The translations under genes and the position numbers were made by a program. 64,000 bases of DNA from a virus (Duplodnaviria; Caudoviricetes), in the IMG/VR virus record IMGVR_UViG_3300031993_000004, positions 96,001-160,000 of that record. The stretch is one strand, 5' to 3'. The notes under the pieces are model-generated. The model made no database searches and was not told the DNA's origin. It worked only from the letters and a program-made list of their open reading frames with translations. Below, in pieces: positions 1 to 9,781 of the stretch (the stretch's first letter is position 1; every line of letters starts with the position of its first letter).

Positions 1-3000
1 TGGATCAATCCATCTCCAGAAAATATATGAATCGAATTGGTTTCCACCATTTTCTCTTATTTTTTCCAGAACGGCGCCTTCGCTCTTACCGTATGCACTC
101 AATCTCCGAAGACCGCGACAATACATCTTGTTGATGTCGATGACAGTGAGATCATCATACGTGTCACTTCCAGACGATGCAGCTGTCGATGGAACATGCA
201 CTGGTGTACAATTTGTATCGACAACATTAATCGATGATGCGGTTGTGAACGCTTGCATCATGATATCCGCGGCATATGGTGCCATTGGGTTAACAGGAAG
301 ATTACGCGCCGATGGAAGAATGGAATTCATATATGAATCACGGAGTGATACTTCACCAGTGACCGACGATGTATCGGACGCATATGATTGCGCAACCAAC
401 CGTTCCTTGACCCACTGATTGTTTCGTCTGAGGACAAACCAGACACCTTCAAAGTCAGAAACGAACGCAAACAAATCGGAGAACACAGGACCTTTCTTAG
501 GAAGCAGATCTGCACAATTCGCGATCCTCAGAATAACGCGAAGACCGCGTCCACTTACAACACCACCGGTATCAAGCGGAGATGTTCCATAAGCCTGTGT
601 CAAACCAGAACCTGTGTCAATTGAAGCCAGATCAAAGTTTGCCAGATTGATCAGTGTGCTAGCATCATCATTCGACGCTAATTCTGCGCTGACAACAGAC
701 CCACTTGCAGTAACAGCCGTGACTTGATATGTGAACGAGTAACCACCGACAACGATGATACCCATCGAACCGACACTGTATCCAGTACCACCTTCGAAGA
801 TATGTGCAATGGATACATCAACCGGATGAACGCCGCGATTCAGATTCGTTGTTTCTCTGAAATCATTGTGGTTCATCAGATCCACCTGATTCAAAAGCTC
901 CATGGAATCGAAGACGAATTCATTAGATTGTGTATCCGGCTCTCCCGTATAGATCGGTGTACCGGTTACGTCCAATGCAGTTGGGCGGACCCATCTATTC
1001 TTCGAACCATTGTACAGATAATTCTGGTCTTTCTCTGTAAAGGTTGCTTCTGACCGAATGTATTTTTTGTCAACAACAGATGTTGGTGCAACACCGTGAA
1101 TGCCGGAAAGTTGCATGATGGATGTTGGAATATCACAGATACGCGCAAGCGTACGTTCCGGTTTCGGATTCTTTGCAGTTGCATTGTTCTGATACGTCGC
1201 AGAGTCATTTGACAACACGTATACACGTCCGATCTCGCTTGTATCGACATCGTCTGATGTATACGGCGCGACTTTCTCTGTGATAGAATTTTCATCAATT
1301 GCAACAACCAATCCTGTACCGGTTGTGAATGTGTGATACCACCACGGAAGTCCGTCCGCCATAAGTCCGGTTCCAGTTCCGGCAAGCTGTGACGTTCTCG
1401 CTTCCATAAGTTCTTCTTGTGTAAAGTTTTCGTCATACACCCATTCTGTCGTGAGATGAGAACCTGTCAACAATGATTTGTCATACACGGCTTCGTATGC
1501 AGATCCTGCATAATACCCAGGAAGCAAGATGTATTTCTGTTCTTGTTGATCCCAGATATACACATTTGGCTCGTTTGTCGCTTTGTATATTTTTGATTCA
1601 TCGGGGATGATCAGTTCCAATTCTGATGAATCCGTAAAGAATTCTCCACGTTCACTATCATAGAAACCGTAAATCATTTCGTCAACATCATCTTCCGATG
1701 AATCAACATACAATGGGTTCAATTCTGTTGCTGCTCCTGTCACAGGATCAACTGCAGTAATCTCGACGAGTGTTCTGCTTCGAGATCCATTATTGAACTT
1801 CACCCAAACACGGTTTGGATTGGTGATATGTCTGTACATATCACCGCTCAGAAGTGTGTATGCCGTATTATATTGGTCATACCTGTATGATGCCGATGAC
1901 GGAATGTCAATATACAGTTTACCTGGATCAGCTGTGATCAACGTTGTATGTGCCGCCTCTTCGTAAAAGGCTCCATTGTAGAAGTATCCTCTGACAACAA
2001 CACGTTCATCGAGTTGCTGGTTATAACCGGCACCGCCAGACACGATTGAGATTGCATCCAACTCATATGAACCGGGATGGAAATTGTCATCGTACGAACG
2101 CTCAACACCAGGATCAAACAACAGACCTGCAATTTGCCGTGTTGATTGATCACTCGGTCTGTAGAATGGCGTGTCGTGTGCCGCATACACCGATAAGTGT
2201 TGCGGTGTCAGATTCTCATCATTATTGCGAATCCATTCTGGCAAACCGTCCAGATTTGTCAAATCATGGGGATACCGCGGTTGTTGATCCGGATAATTCT
2301 TTGAAGAACCCATTCTGATTCCAGCAAATCCTGTATCAGTTGTCGTATCTTCAAACAGGATCGTGTCATCCATCCGAACATCAAACGCTGCAATCAACGG
2401 ATCTTCATCTTCTGACGAATAAAGATTCGTTGCAAATGTAGACATTGGAATCGAATACGCATGATTCTCGTCATCGTATACCCATCCAGCGTCCGGATTC
2501 AGTGAGACAATGTTGGAACCTGTCTCATTGATAAATTTGATGTATTCCGGATCTGCCGAGGAACCTGGATCAAGGTGTCTCAACATCACAATTCTGACTT
2601 GACGTGTGAAGTCAGTAGCACTTCCATCGAATGCACCAACTGATGGGGAAGCACATACGAGTTCCCAATCATCAAGTGTATCGGATGGGACAGAATCTTC
2701 CTCAATACCAACCGCAGGATACAGTTTTTCGATATATGCTGATGCATTGCCAGGGTGTCCCATTGTCAAATACTTAGACCCGGATATAGAACCAGATCTT
2801 GTGTTGTTATCGACACGGATCTTCGGGCCGAGATTGGATTCATCACATGTGAACCACAACAACGGATATCCAATCAGATTTTGATCTGTGATTGGTACGG
2901 TGATAACATGTTGCAAAACATAAGTATCGACCGCGACAGGTTGAAGAACTTCGTCTGCAGGGAAATAGAACACTGGGTTTGTGACGCCTGATGAGAACTG

Positions 3001-3513
3001 AATAGGACGTTCCAGCAGCCATTGTCCGTTACCATCCATCATCTGCAGAATTGGACGCGCTGATGTTTTATACCATTTATAGACAAATACATCAGGATCA
3101 TTCTTATCGGGTGCCATTGGAATATAGCATTCTTCGACATCAGTCAACATCAATCTGAAATTATGGTATTCGTCATCCACCATCAAATTGATTGACTTTA
3201 ATCGGAGAAAATGCAATCCATTCATTTCCGGGATATAACTGAATACAGACGACGCCAAATCGAACACGTCGGACACATTCTCCGAAGAGAATGTGCCCTT
3301 ATGCACGACAACGTCCTGCGTATACAGCTTTTCAGTTTCAATAATGATGTCTGATCCGAGATTGTCGATACGGCCCTGGAAAGTATCACCAGTTACGGTG
3401 TCCTGGACCTGCTTCAACTTGTCTGTCTTCAGCAGCCAATGTCTGCGATCTTGCTCCATGATTGTTGCAAAACTATTGGAACCAAGATACCAGTATGTCT
3501 TATTCGGATTCAT
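1..3513 (-). CDS. Large tail fibre/baseplate-associated virion protein (3' end beyond the window; paralogue of 3532-7437)
   Basis: Absent from the ORF track because no stop lies in the window. Manual translation from ATG at 3513 (RBS AGAAAGGAG at ~3522-3530) is open to base 1 (MNPNKTYWYLGSNSF...). It shares the GRxYxxxND..TYxNN...RTxARICDIPTS block and GGxGY motifs with the neighbouring protein. Confidence 0.8.
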   Translation of the reverse strand, partial: MNPNKTYWYLGSNSFATIMEQDRRHWLLKTDKLKQVQDTVTGDTFQGRIDNLGSDIIIETEKLYTQDVVVHKGTFSSENVSDVFDLASSVFSYIPEMNGLHFLRLKSINLMVDDEYHNFRLMLTDVEECYIPMAPDKNDPDVFVYKWYKTSARPILQMMDGNGQWLLERPIQFSSGVTNPVFYFPADEVLQPVAVDTYVLQHVITVPITDQNLIGYPLLWFTCDESNLGPKIRVDNNTRSGSISGSKYLTMGHPGNASAYIEKLYPAVGIEEDSVPSDTLDDWELVCASPSVGAFDGSATDFTRQVRIVMLRHLDPGSSADPEYIKFINETGSNIVSLNPDAGWVYDDENHAYSIPMSTFATNLYSSEDEDPLIAAFDVRMDDTILFEDTTTDTGFAGIRMGSSKNYPDQQPRYPHDLTNLDGLPEWIRNNDENLTPQHLSVYAAHDTPFYRPSDQSTRQIAGLLFDPGVERSYDDNFHPGSYELDAISIVSGGAGYNQQLDERVVVRGYFYNGAFYEEAAHTTLITADPGKLYIDIPSSASYRYDQYNTAYTLLSGDMYRHITNPNRVWVKFNNGSRSRTLVEITAVDPVTGAATELNPLYVDSSEDDVDEMIYGFYDSERGEFFTDSSELELIIPDESKIYKATNEPNVYIWDQQEQKYILLPGYYAGSAYEAVYDKSLLTGSHLTTEWVYDENFTQEELMEARTSQLAGTGTGLMADGLPWWYHTFTTGTGLVVAIDENSITEKVAPYTSDDVDTSEIGRVYVLSNDSATYQNNATAKNPKPERTLARICDIPTSIMQLSGIHGVAPTSVVDKKYIRSEATFTEKDQNYLYNGSKNRWVRPTALDVTGTPIYTGEPDTQSNEFVFDSMELLNQVDLMNHNDFRETTNLNRGVHPVDVSIAHIFEGGTGYSVGSMGIIVVGGYSFTYQVTAVTASGSVVSAELASNDDASTLINLANFDLASIDTGSGLTQAYGTSPLDTGGVVSGRGLRVILRIANCADLLPKKGPVFSDLFAFVSDFEGVWFVLRRNNQWVKERLVAQSYASDTSSVTGEVSLRDSYMNSILPSARNLPVNPMAPYAADIMMQAFTTASSINVVDTNCTPVHVPSTAASSGSDTYDDLTVIDINKMYCRGLRRLSAYGKSEGAVLEKIRENGGNQFDSYIFWRWIDP

Positions 3514-3531
3514 GACATTCACTCCTTTCTA

Positions 3532-6500
3532 TCAGATATATGCGTATTCCCAACGTCCGTTGTGATACGTATACTTCTTATATCCATCAGGTTGTTTTAC
3601 GATCAGCAGTGTATACGCCGAGACATCTACATTGCCATCCATCATCTTCAGATTATTGAAATCCGAGATGGGTTCGTCAATGCGAAATACATATAACGGA
3701 TCAGCAGTCTTTTGCGTATTTCGAACTGTCACACATGAGTCTACGGTTTCCTTCAGCGGAATATATCCACCGATCGGATTATTTTTCGGAACACTCATGC
3801 TGCTTCCTTTATAAGCGTACACTTCGAGATCCGGATTATCATAAACCGTTGTCGGGAATGTTCTGGCCATCACGTAGTTGACCATCATTTGGAATTTTAC
3901 GCTTGGTCCGATGTATGTCATATTTCCGTTTGCCACATCATGTGACAAATCCGATGCAACAAACAACCGTGCAGCTGAGTACAACGACGTCTCGGTTGTT
4001 GTTTTATAAATGACAAATTCGCCACGAGTATATGTTTCACCGGGTACATACAACCGTTCTGGATATGAATAGTACCGTGAGATATCATTATCCTCACCAT
4101 ACTTTTCATTGATCAGGTTATATAATTCTTCTGAACTCATTGCTTCAAGTTCGGTACGAATTCTTTCATATTCCCTAAACGGTTTAAAGTGGTCAAACCG
4201 ATAAAGATTATAATTCAGATTCATACCGGAGTACAACCTCATTGCATCTGACGGATATACATCTTGAACAATTTTCAGAATTGATGTCAGAGATATCTCA
4301 GATCGACCGGTAAGGCACATATCACCTTTCTCAAGTGAATATGTATCATATGTACGATGCAATGGATCATACATGAATGGGCAAACATCCTTGTTCGATG
4401 CAACTGTGAATTTTACAGACGACCACGAGTTATCATACGACGAGAAATTCGTTCCAACAAAATGTGGGAACAACAAATTGCCATTCCCAAATCTTCCATT
4501 TTCGAAAGATGAATTCATGTCGTATGCCCATGAAACCGTGTAATATTTCTCATTGTCATTCGACTGAACAGCTGCAACAAAACAATTCCATTTGTTCAAT
4601 CCGTTATCTGATAATACTTCTGACAAATCTGCAGGATGACCGGTGCCAGGATCATTGTTCACAAGTTTGTCTGGAGTAATTGTAGGCGGATCATACGTGC
4701 AATGTGCATACTGGAAATCAATAATCTTACCACCGGATATTGATTGAAGGATATTGTCTTCTTCAATATTTCGATTGGTCAGCAAATTATATAGATAGGT
4801 AGAATTGAGTGTGCGTCGTTTCATTGTTGACCTGTCTTCATATACCGGATTTCCGACAGAGAGATCGCCGGTGAGTTGTGTCAATGCAGATTCTTCCCAC
4901 AACATTGTGTCATAGTTGTATTTTGTGACATAAAGTCCTCGGTCAAGTTCATCTGAAACGAATGCAACAAGATTTGGATTCCAAGTTGTTCGAATACCGG
5001 TTTCTTGGGCATCCCATGCCTCGGATGGTACTTCAACTGAGATAACCGCACCAGAACCTGGACCTTGCAACGTTTTCAATTCATATTCCGAAATCCTGCC
5101 GTTCAGGTTTGCTAATGGAATAAAAACGTTTTCATCAGCAGCTTGGTCCGGAATATCTCGATTCACGTAAATCAAGAACGCATCCGGGTTAAGTGAACCA
5201 GACATGAGCGGAACAATCTTGAAGAATACACCACCAATATTGAATCCAAGCATGGATGGATTTGGTGATGTATATGCATTATATCCAGAACCGCCGTTTG
5301 TGATTCTGAATGTGATATCGTTGAAGTGTACGGTTCTTAGTGGAGGAATTGCGCGACCGTATCTTTCAAGAATCATACTGAGATTATGGAATGGCTCAAT
5401 ATGATTCAATTCGTAAAACGTTGGGAAATACACTTTCACATGATTTCCAAATGGATATGTCGCCTGGAACCAATTCAACAGGAAATCATTCCACAACATT
5501 TGATATTCATCTTCGTTGAATGAAGCATACGCTCGAACATAATCAGGATCGATAATCAATGTTGGAGAAACATTGGTGATGTTCTGAAGTTGTTCAAACG
5601 ACGTTGGAATGTCACAGATACGAGCAGCTGTTCTTGGTGCTTTTGGCGTTTTTGATTCAGAATTGTTCTCGTATGTCGCGGGATCATTCGTGATCAGATA
5701 TCCACGTCCGTATTCTGTACTCGGATCAATATCGATAACACCTGTTGAGAAGTATCTGTTTCCGTGATAGACAAACCGATGTGAATATTTTGCACCAGGA
5801 ATTGTCACATCGCAGAAATGATATTTATCAATGAATCCGGTATCGGACAGGAAGTTTACATCAGAGATGATGTGTGCTGGATTCGTGATATACTTGAAAG
5901 TATGCGGTCCCTCATATACGATAACAGGTTTCATATCTGCAGTGATTGCAGCATAGTCCGTAATCGGAACAGCGGAATCCAGAATAACAGCAGATGTTTG
6001 TTTATCCATTGCATGTTGATTCTTAACATTTGCGTCATCTCTGATTGCATACAGCTCTGCATGAGCATGATGAATCGTCCGATCCATATAATATTTATAG
6101 TATGACGGCAATCCATCAAATTCACACAAATCGCGAATAACGCCGAAGCGTTTGTCAACGCAATTATCGGAATAATCGGTTGTCACATCCAAATGAACTC
6201 CGGCGTTCATTGCATTGATCTCAGATTCATATGGATGAAAGTAAATGTCCTTAAATGACACTTTGAACAACGGATAGAACACATGATGCTCGATAAGAGA
6301 CTCGATTGCATTGTTCTCTTCATATTCCGCTAAGAACATGCATGCATTGATTGGCTGATACGGTGTGGTATCATCGTAATCATAATCACCTTCTTCTGCA
6401 CGTCTGAATGTCCAATGCATGTCACGTGGAATACCGGATTCTGTCAATGAGACTTTCGCATACTTCTCATCATATGTGAAATAGTATTCGAAGTCAGGTT

Positions 6501-7437
6501 CATCTGTGAACGATTCTGTTTGACAGTGAATATAGCCGATTCGGTGAACAGTCGTATTCAGATTGAATTCGCTGTGTTCTGTATTGGAGAATTCACCATA
6601 TACCTTCACATACCAATATCCACCAGAAACCGATGTTGACGGAACATTGTCATGGCCGTACATATACGGATACAGAAAGATTGTGTCATCTCCGTTGACA
6701 CCATATTCGACCAACGGACGCCCTTCTGTGTCAATGTTTCCAGGATCCGTTCCATTCTTCCATTTAATATCCGGAAGCATTCTCATGCTAGAAACACACA
6801 ACCACAATGCAGGAAGATCGATGAATTTTGTCAAATCATCAATAACAACGGTGCCTTCAGCTATATCAGCTGTATACATTCCGTCGGTTGTTTGATTGAT
6901 GGCAAAATACCATGTGACATGTTCATCCGAGTTGTTTTCGTGATCAACATACAATGGATATTCATCTTCATCAATTACCAACACAGGATTTGCCGTTGTC
7001 GCATAGAATGCAGAGATTCGAGCTTTGCGGTCAGAATACGCTTCCGCACGAGCGAAGTATCTCAGCGTGACATCTGAAAAACGCAGTTGATATGTGTGAT
7101 TGGATAACAGAACATCTTTCTTCACACATCCCATCAGCATGTTCTGTTGTGGATACGCTTCAATGAAATCAGAATGTGAGATATTGAAATAGTATGACAA
7201 CAATGCCGATGGATTGATGACTTTTTCTGGTGGACGATTCATCCGAAGTTTGCGTGTTTCCAGCAAAATCTCAGAACCGAAGTTTGCAGTCGAGCCGACA
7301 TATTGCAAACCATCAATATCCGTATAGCCAAAGAATCTTGGCGTATGGAGGTCATAGAAACTTTTCGACAATCTAAGCAGTTGTCTCAACGCATCGGGTG
7401 ACGCTTTCGGTGATGTCATGCGAAGTATATCAGACAT
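3532..7437 (-). CDS. Large tail fibre/receptor-binding-like virion protein (1301 aa)
   Basis: Long ORF with AAAGGAGG RBS; ITNGGSGYN motif; C-terminal YVPGETYTRGEFVIYK resembles a CBM5/12-type aromatic module. Function inferred. Confidence 0.6.
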   Translation of the reverse strand: MSDILRMTSPKASPDALRQLLRLSKSFYDLHTPRFFGYTDIDGLQYVGSTANFGSEILLETRKLRMNRPPEKVINPSALLSYYFNISHSDFIEAYPQQNMLMGCVKKDVLLSNHTYQLRFSDVTLRYFARAEAYSDRKARISAFYATTANPVLVIDEDEYPLYVDHENNSDEHVTWYFAINQTTDGMYTADIAEGTVVIDDLTKFIDLPALWLCVSSMRMLPDIKWKNGTDPGNIDTEGRPLVEYGVNGDDTIFLYPYMYGHDNVPSTSVSGGYWYVKVYGEFSNTEHSEFNLNTTVHRIGYIHCQTESFTDEPDFEYYFTYDEKYAKVSLTESGIPRDMHWTFRRAEEGDYDYDDTTPYQPINACMFLAEYEENNAIESLIEHHVFYPLFKVSFKDIYFHPYESEINAMNAGVHLDVTTDYSDNCVDKRFGVIRDLCEFDGLPSYYKYYMDRTIHHAHAELYAIRDDANVKNQHAMDKQTSAVILDSAVPITDYAAITADMKPVIVYEGPHTFKYITNPAHIISDVNFLSDTGFIDKYHFCDVTIPGAKYSHRFVYHGNRYFSTGVIDIDPSTEYGRGYLITNDPATYENNSESKTPKAPRTAARICDIPTSFEQLQNITNVSPTLIIDPDYVRAYASFNEDEYQMLWNDFLLNWFQATYPFGNHVKVYFPTFYELNHIEPFHNLSMILERYGRAIPPLRTVHFNDITFRITNGGSGYNAYTSPNPSMLGFNIGGVFFKIVPLMSGSLNPDAFLIYVNRDIPDQAADENVFIPLANLNGRISEYELKTLQGPGSGAVISVEVPSEAWDAQETGIRTTWNPNLVAFVSDELDRGLYVTKYNYDTMLWEESALTQLTGDLSVGNPVYEDRSTMKRRTLNSTYLYNLLTNRNIEEDNILQSISGGKIIDFQYAHCTYDPPTITPDKLVNNDPGTGHPADLSEVLSDNGLNKWNCFVAAVQSNDNEKYYTVSWAYDMNSSFENGRFGNGNLLFPHFVGTNFSSYDNSWSSVKFTVASNKDVCPFMYDPLHRTYDTYSLEKGDMCLTGRSEISLTSILKIVQDVYPSDAMRLYSGMNLNYNLYRFDHFKPFREYERIRTELEAMSSEELYNLINEKYGEDNDISRYYSYPERLYVPGETYTRGEFVIYKTTTETSLYSAARLFVASDLSHDVANGNMTYIGPSVKFQMMVNYVMARTFPTTVYDNPDLEVYAYKGSSMSVPKNNPIGGYIPLKETVDSCVTVRNTQKTADPLYVFRIDEPISDFNNLKMMDGNVDVSAYTLLIVKQPDGYKKYTYHNGRWEYAYI

Positions 7438-7542
7438 TCGTTATTCCTCCTTTCGAAAAAAAAATAGTTTCCATGTATATGTATAATTTTTGTGCACGGG
7501 GGTTGAACACTCATTTACTACGCAATCCCCAAATTCAAGAAA

Positions 7543-9195
7543 GTGAAGGTGATTTTTGTGACTGATTACGTCATCAAAGAAATGCATAATCCTTTGTCAG
7601 GGATTCAAGTCGACCTTGGTGTTGATCAACCTCTTTGGCGTTATGTTCAGAAAGCAATACAAGATATTGAAGTTCTGAACATTTTGAATCTCTACAAATA
7701 TGACAAGGACATTCCGGCGCCATTCATTCATGTGATAAATTGGTCGTGGAATCCGCATCCGTTGGCAGAAGAAATCCAGTACCGCCGGCGTGAAACCGGC
7801 GATAAACTTTCAACAAAATCAATTGGAGACACCCGCATCGGTATTCTTGAATTTGATATCTATTGCGGCGCACGCGATAAAAATAAGAATATCGTCGAAG
7901 AAGTAGTGCACAACAAATTGTACGTCCCCATCGAGGACGAACATGGAAATTATTTGATTGAACACCAGTTGTACTCCGAGTATCAGCTGGTTGATAAGCT
8001 GCTGTATCCATCCGGTAACAATTCATTCACACTGAAGTCATTGCTTCCGGTTGTGATCAAATATGAAGAAGCAACCGAGCAATCCATGGATGGATATCTT
8101 GTCACTTCCAAAATTGGAATGGTCAAGATCTTCACAACAATGGAACCGATTCTCGCATGCTTCATGCATATCCCAGGACCGCTGTGCTATCTCGGAGTTT
8201 ACCCAGTATTACAGTTCTGTGACCATGTCCGCGAGCAGGATAAGGACGAGTATGAGTACTTCCAGCCTATTCCTGACCGCGATATTTACATCAGAGCATA
8301 CCGAAAAGGACTCGAAGAATTTGATTATGTTCGATCTATTTTGGTTATGGCAATCCCACTGATCAAGAAGTACAATCCGGAAACACTTGAGCAATTGAAT
8401 TCGCCTGAATGGTGGATTTATCAGCTGTCTTATTATGATAACATTATTGAGCATCGTGGCTCCTGTTATGAAATGCATGTTGCCCGTATGCTTGATACAA
8501 TCTCAGCAAATGTTCTTCCGATTCCTGAAATCGATAAACGGAATATGATTGCTCTGTTGCGATATGTTCTTCAAACAGAATTCACAGATGTGAACATCTA
8601 TTCATATGAGAATAAACGGTTGCGTTTGAATGAAGTCATTTCAACAATTGTTACCGCAGAAGTCTCTGAGAAGCTGAAGAAGATGTTCAAGTTCGGCCTT
8701 CTTTTGAAGATGACTGATATGCAGCCGGCTGTTAAATTCCGTCCGGAATTGATTCTGAAGAACATCTACAAACTCGGAACAGTTCATGTGACCGACTTTG
8801 CGAACGATCTTGATTATCCACAGCATCTCCGCTGGACCAAGAAAGGTCCTAATTCTCTCGGCCGTTTGGATAATCATAAGATCAACTTTGTGCACAGACA
8901 ACTTCATCCGTCCATGATCGGTTTGGTCGATCTCCTGGATTATTCAAAGGATGTCGGTCAATCTGGTATGATCTCACCGTGGGCAGATATCTCGACGATT
9001 TCAAATGTTGACATCAACAAATACCCGAATGTGAAGTATGACCTTTTCAGATTCATACAAGAAGAATTCCCGAATCCGGTCGTGCGATTCAACTGCAACA
9101 GCATCGAAGAGTACAACCGATTGTTGGATAAACTCGTTCTGAGTACATATATGAATATCACGTATCATGTACCAGGAGGAGGCGAAAGTAAGTAA
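7543..9195 (+). CDS. Phage multisubunit RNA polymerase beta subunit, N-terminal half (probably non-virion RNAP)
   Basis: NKRLRLNE and RQLHPSMIGLVDLL..S.DVGQSGMISP match RpoB regions NRRIR and [24 protein letters not shown]. Size resembles the split beta-N of phiKZ/AR9 enzymes. Start may be GTG at 7558. Confidence 0.85.
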   Translation: MKVIFVTDYVIKEMHNPLSGIQVDLGVDQPLWRYVQKAIQDIEVLNILNLYKYDKDIPAPFIHVINWSWNPHPLAEEIQYRRRETGDKLSTKSIGDTRIGILEFDIYCGARDKNKNIVEEVVHNKLYVPIEDEHGNYLIEHQLYSEYQLVDKLLYPSGNNSFTLKSLLPVVIKYEEATEQSMDGYLVTSKIGMVKIFTTMEPILACFMHIPGPLCYLGVYPVLQFCDHVREQDKDEYEYFQPIPDRDIYIRAYRKGLEEFDYVRSILVMAIPLIKKYNPETLEQLNSPEWWIYQLSYYDNIIEHRGSCYEMHVARMLDTISANVLPIPEIDKRNMIALLRYVLQTEFTDVNIYSYENKRLRLNEVISTIVTAEVSEKLKKMFKFGLLLKMTDMQPAVKFRPELILKNIYKLGTVHVTDFANDLDYPQHLRWTKKGPNSLGRLDNHKINFVHRQLHPSMIGLVDLLDYSKDVGQSGMISPWADISTISNVDINKYPNVKYDLFRFIQEEFPNPVVRFNCNSIEEYNRLLDKLVLSTYMNITYHVPGGGESK

Positions 9196-9746
9196 TGGCA
9201 CAACGAATCAACTATAAACTGTTCAGAGGTTCCATTGACAAACATTTGACAGTGCTTTATTCATACATTTATGAAGAAGACGGGGATTTCAGAACAATCT
9301 ATCAGCGTGAAGGAAGCACGTCTGTTACGATATCTCCATCATTCGGCGTATCGTTATCACACGGATACGGACAAGATAGCGTGTATGTCCCCGCGTCACA
9401 GTATTTCTCGTTCATAACAATGCTTGAGAAATGTGTGAAACTCGTATCTGAAAATCTGTATGAATTATTTCCAAATGTTGGTCGTTCAGAATTCGAAATC
9501 AACGCGAAAGCATTGGAACGATTCCAGACTGAAAAGGCAATGGCATCGGATGGTATCACGATGATTCCATCCGTATATGTCGATGAAACAAATCAGTGCT
9601 TCCCAGGAATTCAAATCAATACATTGAAGCACGGGAGCATCAGGATTCCACTGGAAGATGCAATCCCAATGTCGAAAATGTTCTCAACATTTGATCCGAA
9701 CGTTATGGCAATTTCAATGTTACGTATTCTCGGAAAGATCAGTTAA
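9195..9746 (+). CDS. Hypothetical protein translationally coupled to RNAP beta-N
   Basis: TAATG overlap with the upstream stop; followed by a terminator hairpin. Confidence 0.75.
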   Translation: MAQRINYKLFRGSIDKHLTVLYSYIYEEDGDFRTIYQREGSTSVTISPSFGVSLSHGYGQDSVYVPASQYFSFITMLEKCVKLVSENLYELFPNVGRSEFEINAKALERFQTEKAMASDGITMIPSVYVDETNQCFPGIQINTLKHGSIRIPLEDAIPMSKMFSTFDPNVMAISMLRILGKIS

Positions 9747-9780
9747 GAAGAGCGGGGGCAAACGCCCCCGCTTCTTTTTT
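9745..9780. terminator. Intrinsic terminator, likely bidirectional
   Basis: AGCGGGGGC-AAAC-GCCCCCGCT followed by a T-tract, between convergent genes. Confidence 0.85.
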
Positions 9781-9781
9781 C

